From assembly GCA_030141605.1 (NCBI GenBank), contig JAQGDQ010000045.1, positions 496,001 to 560,000 of the forward strand: a stretch of 64,000 nt of DNA. The letters run 5' to 3'. This DNA is from Tubiluchus corallicola (lineage: Eukaryota; Animalia; Priapulida). A program made the position numbers and the translations under genes. Of this stretch, positions 12,435-24,560 are shown one piece after another (within the stretch, counting starts at the first letter, position 1; the number at the start of each line of letters is the position of its first letter). Below the pieces are notes generated by a model. The model saw only the letters and a program-made list of their open reading frames with translations, was not told where the DNA came from and searched no databases.

Positions 12435-12912
12435 CTCCCTCTCTTTCTCTCTAAGAGAGGGAGGGAGAGAAAAATCAAAAAAATCAATAAAAAATGCATT
12501 ACCTTTTTTTACATAGTAGGCAGCCCATCACGCAGTCAGCTAGCCTCTTTCCTCAGGAAGAAAAATAAAATTTTACTTACAAGAAGAAGTATTTGCAAAT
12601 ACATAATACAAACATATTACTACAATTTTTTTCCTTTTCATGAAATATTTTCAGTTTTTTTAAACTAATAATTGCTTTTAATTGAGATATTCTATTAAAA
12701 ACGCAAAAGTGATTTTGGTTTATCGAAATTGCGCGCATGCCAACATTATTGGTGAAGTTAAGAATATTATTATTACATTCAATGCGCCTCTCAAAATTTT
12801 TTAATCATCCGCCGTTTGATGCCGCCAGCGTAGCCTCTAATAGCAAAAACGAAATACGTAACAATAGGGCGTTCGTCACTTCCTCTCTTTACACTTTGTT
12901 AGGATATCTCTG
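9352..12912. mobile_element. Large foldback element: ~1.55 kb inverted arms (~9352-10905 and ~11330-12912) around a ~425 bp spacer with a THAP-like remnant
   Basis: Arms read as reverse complements along their length: e.g. 9361 taccaaagtgtaaa vs 12888-12901 tttacactttgtta; (GA)n at 9817-9950 vs (CT)n at 12290-12450; 10857 agattaagttctgttctggaaaaa vs 11357-11380. They differ by scattered substitutions and small indels. The spacer translates on + to CSAVSCKNTNKNIFLNFP and AYICLWRF. Confidence 0.85.
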
Positions 12913-15586
12913 AATCGTTCACAGATGTACTAGCTGCATAAGTCTACCTGTGGAATTCATAGCATGCTGTCGGGTGATAATGCGGTCGAAAGTGATGATA
13001 CACAATTAGCACCGTTCCCAAAACGTTCATTTCCATTAAGCATATCATTTACTGTGGTTTTGAAGGTAGAGTTATTGTCTATACTGTATATAACTACAGT
13101 ATAGTAGCTTGGCGGTAAATAATAGAATGAGCTGAATTGAAACAATCAGCAAAACACGCCCGCGGCCCATTATCCGCCAGCCGCCCTGTTGGTAGAGCAA
13201 ATTTTAGTAACGATGCTTTGAATGCTTTCATAAAAACATAAAACTGACCTATGCAATTTAGTTTAAATGACAACGAGTTTTCGTATTCGCTGTAAAAAGA
13301 GAGGACCATGCAACTTGTTAAACGTTATCAGCGCGTTCATTTGTTGTTTTATTTACGGGCAGCAGGCAGATTACTGTTTTTGGGATTAAGTTACCTTCTG
13401 ATGGCCCTGGCAAGTGAAGCTCTACTGATGTACACATATTTGGCGCAAGTTTTGCTCACGATAGTAGAAAATAACGGAATTAACTGAGAGCTGCCACGCT
13501 ATTGTTATAGGTACTTACTAGCCTAGGTGTTGTATAAACCCCGAAAATTCTAAGTCACTCCCTTAGATTTTTCCAAAGAGTACAGAATTTTAAAACGACA
13601 GGTAAAAAACAAATGCCAGAAACAACATTGTGTCACTATTGCTAAAATTTACAGCAAAAGTTAGTTATCTATGTGTCCACCACTTTCACTGCAAACTAGA
13701 TGAAAGACATCAGGTTTTCATCAGGATTCCAACAGGTGACGCAGTTTTTAATTTTTTAAGGGCATGTTTAGTCCCAGCGCTTCAACCAACCAATTAGGCC
13801 TAATTTGACCAACAAGAGAAAAAGCAGATCTAAGATCGACTAGAAGTAAAAAAAATATGTTGAAGAAAAATGTAGAACTGATAGGTATTTTACGCTGCCT
13901 TTACAATATTTAATTAGATCGCAGAAAATCAAATAAAACGTTTTGGAAAATTTATTTAGATTTCGACATGCATAACTCGTGTTTTGTGGTAAGTGATTGT
14001 TTTATTTTAAACATGTACTTTATATAAAATGGAAAATTAATATTATTTAACAAATTACTGAAGCCTTTTAATTTTAATTGCTTTTTTACTATTTTTATGA
14101 ACACAGTAATTCTGTGTTTTAACTGTGTTTATTTTAATACACTTACATACTTACAACCATTTTGCTTTACTTCCGCCACATCAAACGGCTCTGTGCAACT
14201 ATTGTACGCTTTCAGATACGTACGTTTCTTTAATCCCTTACAATGGCTGCATAGAACCGTTTGGTGCAGAGGAACTAAAAGCAAAATGGTTGTGAGTAAG
14301 TGAATTTGCAAGTTTAGTAAATCAAACACATGTCAGATACCGTAATACAGAGAATTAAGTGCCTTTTTTCTTGGCAAAAAATATTTATCAGTGCTTTATT
14401 TTCTCTGGCGCTGTCCATGATGTAAGCTGCTTGACCTTGATTTCTTCATTATTTCGCTCGATGTATTGATTGCTTTATACGTGATTGATTAGCTACTATT
14501 AATCAATAATTTAATTTTTTTAACACGCAAAAGCTTTTTGGCCCTAACTTAAAAAGCACTAAAGCCGCAAACGTGTAACTTTGGCAGCCAAAAGGCAAAT
14601 AATCTTATCTTATCTAATTCTTGCTTCTAATCTTATTGCAATCTAAACTTCGGCACATTTTTTTTCTTCACCACCCTTAAACTGGACACGATGATAAACG
14701 TTTTTACCATATTTTATATAAATTAGAATTTTACAAGCACCATATGATTATTATTGTTCCAAATTTGAAAACATTTTTGCATTTCATTAAAAATTAATTG
14801 TTTAAGACCTAAAACGTTGTATCCTTTCATTAAACAGGTTGACACACGAAACCTGATTTATTGTTACTATTGTTTTCGTGTTGCGTGGCTTGTGAGGATA
14901 TTATTTAGAAAATTAAGAAAACATGATGCAACTGCAGGTGTCTAACGAAGAAGCAAGTGAATTCTTCAAAATTTTTGTGTGTAACATTGTGAACAAGTTA
15001 CCTTTAGAAATTGGTGAAATTTACTGAAACAGTTTCGGTTTTCAAGGGAAGAGATTCGGTGAAGTCTATAGAAGGTTTCTGACTGACTGCTGAAGTCACT
15101 AAGCTTGTGTAATCATCAATAAATTAAGCGACTGTGAAGTTGAACGATTAACTAAAAAATCCTACAATAAAGAAAAAGCTTGACGTTTCAAGCCTGCTGT
15201 TGTTGATTATCTTCAGACGGAGAAAAGAAAATGACAATAAAAGATTGCTGAAAACTATGCTGAATGACGGTATACAATTCTGTAAAACATAATTTTCGCA
15301 TGAAACTGTTAGTTATTTCACTTTAAATATTTTTCACTTTTAATGAAATCCAATAAATTACATGTAACATCAAAATTAGCGCTATTGGAAAGTCTATATG
15401 GGAAGCTTTTTAAATACTTTTTTGAGCAAAGGAGCTCTTTATTATTTATTAAGTTAGAGAAGCCATAATCATTTGTGGCTCGGCATATGCTAGTAGAAAC
15501 TATTATGTTCATAACGACTACACGTATTGCAATGCTACATTAGCACCTGCGGCGAAATCCCGTTAACGAGTGATGTTCTGCCCGGC

Positions 15587-15607
15587 TATAAACATTCGGT
15601 GACGTCA
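15587..15607 (+). promoter_or_regulatory. TATA box plus full CRE palindrome upstream of the orphan gene
   Basis: TATAAA at 15587-15592 and TGACGTCA at 15600-15607, about 150 bp before the ATG at 15747. Confidence 0.45.
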
Positions 15608-15746
15608 CAAAAGTTCAATAGAAAGCAGCGCGGCGTCATTTTCCAGTGGCAGCATGATACTTGATATACGAGAATGAAGTTGCTAAAGTGACACATTAAT
15701 GTGATCATTGATCAAGTTGTCAAAGTTGTTAATAAAGTCTGTTGGC

Positions 15747-17248
15747 ATGGGTACCATTCTAAAGAAGCCAGTTACAGGTAAATCATTAATAAGTATGGCT
15801 AGTGTAAAATTAGTGACGTGTTTTTTTTCGTTACTTTTTGTGTATATTCACTGATGGAGCTGTGAGCAGTCATGAAAGTTAAAAGATTCGTGTGACACTC
15901 TGAAATATCTGCAACACGCATTCTTATGCGTACAGTCTTATTTTTATATTCTTATATAACATTACGCAATGAATGGATGAAAACGTGAAAGAATAAATGA
16001 ACGAACGAACGAACGAATGAATAAACTGTAAATTTGATAGGCATACCATTCAAGCGTTTATTTTTCTGTTTTACAATGCCGCGCGGAGTGCAACCTCTTT
16101 AAAAGCACTTTTTACACTCCTTCACACTGCAAGCTAGAATCCAGCATTCAGGGGCAAGGCCTACTTAACGGCTATGTGGAAGGACCGGAATACGAATAAT
16201 CCTGTGACGAGAGACTGAACTACCAGAGGACTCTTGACATGATGTTATAATAAATCAAATAAGTTAACTGTAAAATAAGGGAAATACTTTCGACATGTGA
16301 TGGATATATACTGTACTAGCAGGTGTGCAATATGATTCATGCGTACATAGAATTCAAGTTCAGGTTGACATACTAAAACAGTAGACTATCAAAGTAGATA
16401 TTCAAGTACGTTTTTAATTAACACTAATAATTTTTGCAGAATCTCATGCGAATAATAAGTTTGGGAATCAAGTTTGGGAGACTTCAACCACAGAGTTGTC
16501 ATGTAATGACAGCGCATCGCCAAAGACTGAACCTAGAAATCGAAAAAGATCATCCATACAGAGATGTAGTCCAAAGCCACCGAAAATTCCAATTGAGTCT
16601 TTTTATGGAAATGACATAATTCGCAAATCTACTAGCAGTTTTAGTTCGATAAGTTTAGACAGTGACGTGGTTCCAGTTCTTCAAGAGCGTCAAAATGTAG
16701 ACTACTGCACCGAAAATGATTCTGCAAAACCACCTCCAAAGAAGCCTTTAATCCTTCGAAAAACAACGGACACGCTTGGTAAGAAACTGAAGAGCAGAAT
16801 GTCTCAGCTTTTGTTAGAGAAAAATCAGATTGCCCAACCACCTACGGCAACAGATGGCAAAATTATTGAAGTAGAAGCAGCTGATCAAGAAAACGTTGTG
16901 GATTATGTGACCGACGGTATTACAGAAAATAATTTTCTTAAATTGAGGAAGACGAGCGACAAAAGTAAAAGGTTTAGTAGAGCTCGTGGTTATAGCATTC
17001 AGCAAATGATAAAGGGGATACACACGACGAGCGAGATTAGGGAGGGTGGAAGAACCCCGGAACCCACCCGACCAGGTACCGCAGACATTGTGGAAGAAGT
17101 GATGTATAAACTTGCCAGAAACAAAGTGGACTATGGTAGTGCTGAAAAATATAACAACGCTGCATTACAAGATAACTGTGTGATTGCAGCTGATCTAACT
17201 ATTTATAACAATCCCGTATCACGTGTGCTAGACCAGGGGTTTCATTAG
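15747..17248 (+). CDS. Uncharacterised hydrophilic, probably disordered protein, 279 aa, two coding exons
   Basis: Exon 1 15747-15777 (MGTILKKPVT+G, donor CAG|GTAAAT) joins in phase 1 to exon 2 16440-17248 (acceptor tttttgcag). The total 840 nt is open to TAG. Rich in S/K/R/E/P; no domain recognised. The long exon is well supported, exon 1 less so. Confidence 0.7.
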
Positions 17249-19284
17249 ATAAAGCACTTAAGATCAGGGTATTGGGGTCTGACACTTAAAATACTAGACA
17301 AAACTTTTCGTAATGAAATGAGATTATTTAATCATGCAGTATTTTCTTATCAGTAAATACTGTGTATAATAGCTATGACAACAAAGTGTTCAAATGACTC
17401 GTTTGCAAATTAAATATTGTTTGTAAGCACGGTAAAAATTATCTTAAAATTACGGGCTGAAAGAAATGAAACGCGTAAAGATCAGCAAAGATATCCTGTT
17501 ATAATAAATACCTAAAATCGGTTTTATTCGCAATGTTGGAATATTCTGGATTTATGAACATGCCTGATATTGGTTTAAATCCACTCCAATGTGTTCACAT
17601 TTTATAGATCCCAGTTAACTTTGATTTAAAAAATAACAACTCAGTATTATGCGTGTTTAAATAACAGTTGATACTGATCATTATTTTATCACCAAAATGT
17701 ATTAATGACTTGTTACTACGCATGTTTGTTAACATAAAACAGCTTGTGAATAAATGATCTAGTTTATTTATACGCATTTTGTGTCTCAATTTCTGCGCTC
17801 AGAGTAGCGAGTTACAAGACACAGTATATCACAGGGTATACCCAACCGCAGCTTCCTTTAAAAGAATATACACTTTGTATGTACCAACTTTACATGACAT
17901 TGTATAGTGGCGCCACCAGGCGGCTGAACGCTGAAGTCCAGTACTACATGTAATTTGGCTTCAATGCCATTAGCTTTAATAGATAATCGATCTGCAAGAG
18001 AAAGCACATATCCAATACAAGGAAGCATAATTTCATAGATGCAACATAAATTGAAAAAAATGTTTGGATTGTTATGAAAATGTGTTTGAGTTTCTATAAA
18101 ATGTTGCAGAGTGCTCTCTTAAATTGACTTAAAACATCACCAAAAACGTCTTAATTATTGTTTTTCTTGGAAATGTTTTTATTTGGCTACTTACCAGTTG
18201 TCTCCTGGTTAATTTTTAAATCTGTACTGCGTCGCAGTTAAAATCTATTTGCAGGTACAACCCATAAAATCAAATTCACAAATTATTACCATCTTTGTAA
18301 ATAAATCCTTTGATGATAGCCGCTTGAATACCGTGAATATGCTTGCGCCGTTAGATCTAACCGCCGTGTAGGTTTGTTGAGATATAAGAAAGTTTATGAA
18401 CGAGCAATTCAGCAAAATAACACCTGCTGCTAGATGACTAAGACGAGACGTGACAATTGGTGTGTCATCTGAAGTTTTACCGTTAGATCGTGGGAAATTC
18501 TTGGAAATGTTACTGTTTTAAATGTTTTATCAGGAAACGATATAATGATGGCCCGGGCTTCAAAAGGCGGTAGATCGTAGGAGCTAGGAAAACATCTGCT
18601 TGCTTGTGGGTATATATAAGACTGGCAAGTGCGTCTTAGATGAGGAATGATCACAAATTTACGAAGCAATTTTTTAAATTTTCTTGGAGAAGGCCACTCG
18701 TTTAAAATCGCTTACAATTGCCTTGTGCATATTCAGTGCAATGTGTTCTTTTACAGACCTTATTATTCAGGTGTGGATAACTCGCACCCATGCATTAGGT
18801 TCTTTTATTCTGTGCAACACTTTTAGTAATAGTGCTTGTTACACAGAAGAGATAAGTTATATCAGCCAGGTGTGTAACAGTACTGAAAACCACGTACTAA
18901 TTCTTCTTGAATTTTTATAACGTCTCTGCTTGTATTATAAGTAGCTCGCAAATAACAGAAATTGCCTCGATGCCCATAAACCACAGTAAGTAAAATACTA
19001 TCTTTCGGTGTTATGTGGCCAAGCAAGCATTTTTATACCACTGTCAATATTGCGACTCGCAATTTTTTTTAAAAAATCAAACCTGCACTGATTGACCCAA
19101 ACAAACTTTTACCTATTTACCTAATCCCTGTTCCAGCTATCAACTTTCAAGATTACTTACGGAATCACAGGGATCACAACCGAGAAAATTTTTTGACACA
19201 GATATTCACAGACAGACACTAGCTGAACCACCATGATAATTTGATAGTTGCCCTCTTCTTTGGGAGAACTGTAAAATACTATAG

Positions 19285-19800
<516 letters not shown>

Positions 19801-20173
19801 AAAGAGGAATCTGGAAATTACAAAGAACTCAAATGCATAATGCAGAGTTCTTCTGCAAGTCACGTGCAAACAGGACTACAAATTTGGTGTTAATTATTGT
19901 TTACACAGACAACGCTTCTTATTTACAATCTTGCATTCTTTCTGATTCACCGGCGATTTATCTATTGATTACCTCCCTCAACTATTAAACGTCAGAGTGC
20001 TGATCGGTTTGTGGAATCCATATTAGTTATTAGCTATTGACTGAAGTTTGCAAATATCGTCGGTAGCCTTTGATTCCAGGTTCTGTAATAACGTTGTTAG
20101 AGATCCACAGTGGAAGTAAAATGAGCAAGGGGAGAAAATGAAAGGAAATTTTCTTTAGAAAATAATTATTTCA

Positions 20174-20444
20174 CCAAAATGAAATTTATTGTCGACCGGT
20201 TTCGGACGAACCGTTAATTACCAAGGCATCTAAAACAAAGAAATTTACCAGAATTTAGAAACAACATCGAAATACAATTCAGTAGTTAGATAGCTAAATG
20301 ATACATGATATAACATTATATAGATAGTTTAACAAATCCTAAATTCTGGTAAATTTCTTTGTTTTAGATGCCTTAATAATGAACAGTTTGTTCGAAACCG
20401 GTAGACAATAAATTCCATTTTCAACTTGCTTGCCAAATATGGAT
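20174..20444. mobile_element. Penelope-like element remnant: ~83 bp inverted arms with degenerate hammerhead motif, flanked by a 13-bp direct repeat
   Basis: Arms at 20176-20258 and 20339-20421. Each carries GCCTT(G/A)(G/A)TAA...CGAAACCGGT(C/A)GACAATAAA. AATAATTATTTCA occurs at 20161-20173 and 20445-20457. Confidence 0.65.
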
Positions 20445-22016
20445 AATAATTATTTCAGTATAATTTTGTGTTTTGAAATCCCTATAAGTTGTGTGCAGTG
20501 CCGTATAAATTGTGGGGCTTCTGAAAAAACCACTTTTTCTGTAATGTCGCATTGTGTTTTTTCTTGAAACCCCCAAGGGTCGTAAGGGTCTTATTTTTGG
20601 GTTAAAGGGAAAGAATTAAGCCATTATTTCCCTAAAATTCATGAACATGTATACTTATAAAAATCCCACAATTACTCTTATGCAAGCTGATGAGGTGTGA
20701 TACGCTGTGAACATTTTTTCATTTCTTTACTCTGGGTTTTTGTTTATTTTCAGATTCTTACCATTAAGCATCATCCCAGAGTTAACGTTGTATGTCGCGT
20801 GGGTTGCAAATTTGCTGTCATCCTTATTCCTCATAGCATTTTATATTAACACCACGTTTGCAAGCCAATGACTAGAATTGTCATAAATTGAATATATTAG
20901 ACTGAAGTGAATTTACGCAGGTGCAAAACATTACAAAACACACAAGGTAAAAATATACAGAGCAGGAAGGCAAAAATACTCGAAAATCAACAAGTGAAAG
21001 CTACCACTGTACAAAAAACATTGTTCATACATTTCTTTCTTCATTGGTTGATGCAGCATATTACATTGTCAAAGCGAGTTTGTAAAACCCAGTGAATTTA
21101 GTAGATTATAACATATTTATGACTAAAGTTTTTACTATTGTGTACGTCGATTTAAAATAAGGTGGAATATATCTTATTGCTAGCTCTGTAGCTCAAAATT
21201 GGCCACGAAAATCGTTTATGTGGAGAGACTTCACACTTCAGTGTTAAAAATCGCTGTGGTGGCAGGAGGGACGACAGTGTGTTGCGACGTTAAATTTGAA
21301 CGAAATCTGCTGACATCCCCAAAACTGCCGATATAATATGCAGATATTCTTTGCCACGCGTTTTGAATCGGTAACTTAGAGTCAGAGGTTAGTACCTTCA
21401 GTTTAGTGTCTTTGAAAATGACATAAAAATATATATCAATTTATGGCCCTTATATACTGATCTAAAACACTCACCCATGCAGGTAGATGCAACATGTGAA
21501 AAATTTGCTAGCATTACCAAAAGAAAAAAAGAACTACCCATTCTTTATCAGGCTATTATACCCGTACAGCACAGTCTTGCCGATAAATATTTCTCTGGAA
21601 ATTTGAGTATGAAATTTTTTCTTCAAATTTTGACGAAAAAGTTTTTGGTTTTGACAAAATCACTATATTCCTCATTAACTCGTTGAGCGTGGGATAAAAC
21701 GTTTGCGGTATCCGGATGATAGTATTTACAAGTAATAATAAAGCCCAGTCGTAAAACTTTTGTCTTCGTGTGTCAATATTTTCAGTGCGATAAATTTTGT
21801 TGTAAACTACAGCTTGTCTCTGCTATGTTCCTTGATCTTTAACTTATTTTTAAGTTAGCATTTTAAGTAATGAATTACTCATCGCTATTTATTTTGTGTT
21901 ACAAAAAATGCAAACAGCTTTGGGAATTTTGATCATAGACTGTACGACAACTCGCACGACATCACGCGTTCACGACTATTGAATGTTTACTGGCTTTTAC
22001 AACGATTAGTTGGGGG

Positions 22017-22337
22017 CAGGGCTTATTTCAGCCTAAGCGAGGCCCGGGGAAGTGGGGCGTGTGAGGCCCCCTCGGGGGGGGGACCACCATGGTTGGCGCC
22101 CAGAAAACTTTTGAACTGCTAGAACGCCGGAGAAGCATTTTCGAAGAGAAAATATGGAGAGAAAAACTGCTTTACTCTCAAGACCAGTCCTTAATACTTG
22201 TCAAATAGTCAAATCAAAAAACAACATCTTTGCAATATGTAATACCGTACTCTCACTTCCGTACAAGCTGGTGTTAGAAATTCCGAAATTGAAAACAGCT
22301 GAACAGGCACCGAGCCGCACAAGGCAAACGGCGCGCG

Positions 22338-22422
<85 letters not shown>

Positions 22423-22528
22423 AGACAGTATGTTCGCATAAAGGAAAAAAGTTACCTCGGCGCGAGGCCCCCTGGAGGGTGAGGCCCCGGGGAAGTATTC
22501 CCACTTCCCCCCCTTGAAATAGGGCCTG
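22017..22528. mobile_element. hAT-type MITE, 512 bp, with internal (GA)n
   Basis: Perfect 8-bp TSD GTTGGGGG (22009-22016, 22529-22536). TIR CAGGGCTTATTTCA vs CAGGCCCTATTTCA (12/14). Repeated subterminal GAGGCCC motifs. Confidence 0.92.
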
Positions 22529-23835
22529 GTTGGGGGTGGGGGATCTACGTCTTCTTTGGTTCACTCATTTGTTCATTAATTAATTCATTCATTCAACCAT
22601 TCGTTCGGTTCGCTCTTTCGTTCGTTCATTTATTTACTCATTCAATTGTTCGGTCATACATTCGTTCAGTGATTCTCTTAGCCATTATGTATTAATTAAT
22701 TCATTCTTTTTCTTTCATTTATTCATTCATATATTTATGTTCTTCCTTTAAGCTATGATATATCACTATGACCACAGATTTCTTTAACAGTCAAGTTAAG
22801 AACTTAAGCGCAAGTGCGAACTGATGAATATGGGTTCAAAACTTAAAGTGTAATCACTCCCAGTCAGCAAATTAGTTTTTTTTTGCTCAGCCCAAGGTGC
22901 CTCTTTTTGCACGTGAAAAATCATCTGTATGATGAGAAATAAAGTGCGTGGTTTGCAAGTAAACCACTGCTATGGTCCACAGATATTTTGTCTACAATTG
23001 AAGCCTAAACGGTAATCGGGATGGCTCCAAAAATACGATACCATTTATCATTGCTTTCTTTGAATTTGTCTCCTGCTGCCTACATCGTGTCACTTCCTGG
23101 CGGACTGATGTCTGAGCGGTAGTGGCTGGTAGCCATTAATGACCCCACTTTATTGATTTTGCTTCCCCAGTGGCCAGCCGTAACAGCTCGGCAGTGATTT
23201 TATAACCTTTTGGGTCAGTAGTGGCTAAAGCGCGGCTCAAGTCGTAAGTGGTCAGTAGACATCAATACAAACGATGGTACCTTACTTAATAGTTATAACA
23301 AGGCTTCCTACCTTGATTCATAAACTAAGCACCACATGAAGTGTTGTAACTACTCACTCCCTCAAGCATAAATAAAGCCACCCTAAACTGCTAAGTTATT
23401 ATTCAGATAAATGGCTACTTTTTAATGGAAAGGACCATGTTAATATATAGTTTCATATAGTGCATATAGTTTCAACTGAACAGAATGGCAGCGTGATAAT
23501 TCTAACATTTTCTAAGTTAATAGAAATTGTTCATAAAAATCATACAACTTTTTGTAGCCCTATTAATCGCCATTTTTGTACCTGTATTGTGTATATGAAT
23601 TACTATTTTTGTTTGTTGAAAAAGAGTCAATTGAATTAGTTCCAAAGTCTATAAACAGCAAGAGCTAGGAAAGGATTTACTTTGTAACAAAGAAAAAGGA
23701 AGCTCATTAAATCTCAGTTGCCAGAAGGAGTAGCTTTAACTTCTTTACGCACAAAACATGAACAGGAAAAATGTATTAAACTGACCGGGGCAAAAGAATT
23801 CTTAAAATGAAAATAACATCCAGCACTTAAGCAAA

Positions 23836-24086
23836 GACATGGCTTTATTCAGACACAAACATCTGCAACGTTTCGACCAAGTTATGGCTATGTTCACTCA
23901 ACAATCTACCTAAATATGTATATATTTGCTTCGCACAGTGTAGATTTTTGTAATTTCTATACACTGTACAAACTGTATTTCTATTTAGATGGATACACTG
24001 TATTTTTATTAAAGTGGATTGTTGAGTGAATGTGACCATAACTGGTCGAAACATTGCAGATGTTTGTGTCTAAATAAAGCCAAGTC
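23836..24086. mobile_element. Second Penelope-like inverted-arm remnant (~73 bp arms)
   Basis: 23836-23910 is the reverse complement of 24014-24086 with few mismatches. The motif GACC-loop-GGTC-GAAAC(G/A)TT is followed by AATAAA pointing outward on each arm. Confidence 0.6.
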
Positions 24087-24300
24087 CTTTTATCATGTGG
24101 GTGCATGTATTTAATTTAAAGCCAGAGCCAAAGGCACGGATTCAAAATTACCAACAAGTGTGCAAAAATGATAAAGAACCCAATATTTGCTGTCAAAGTT
24201 GGCGTTTGGCTACCACACAAATCAGCACACATACATTCTGTATATTAAATTTGATGGCATGATTCCCAATACGTGTTCGAAATAAAATACTTTATACTTG

Positions 24301-24560
<260 letters not shown>

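Noticed and set aside
9323-12668. ORFs in the foldback arms (poly-SL/ER etc.)
   Set aside because: Products of GA/CT microsatellites and arm sequence, not conserved as ORFs between the two arms.
17908-17926. CTCF-like motif GCGCCACCAGGCGGC
   Set aside because: Single imperfect match; cannot be supported without ChIP or conservation data.
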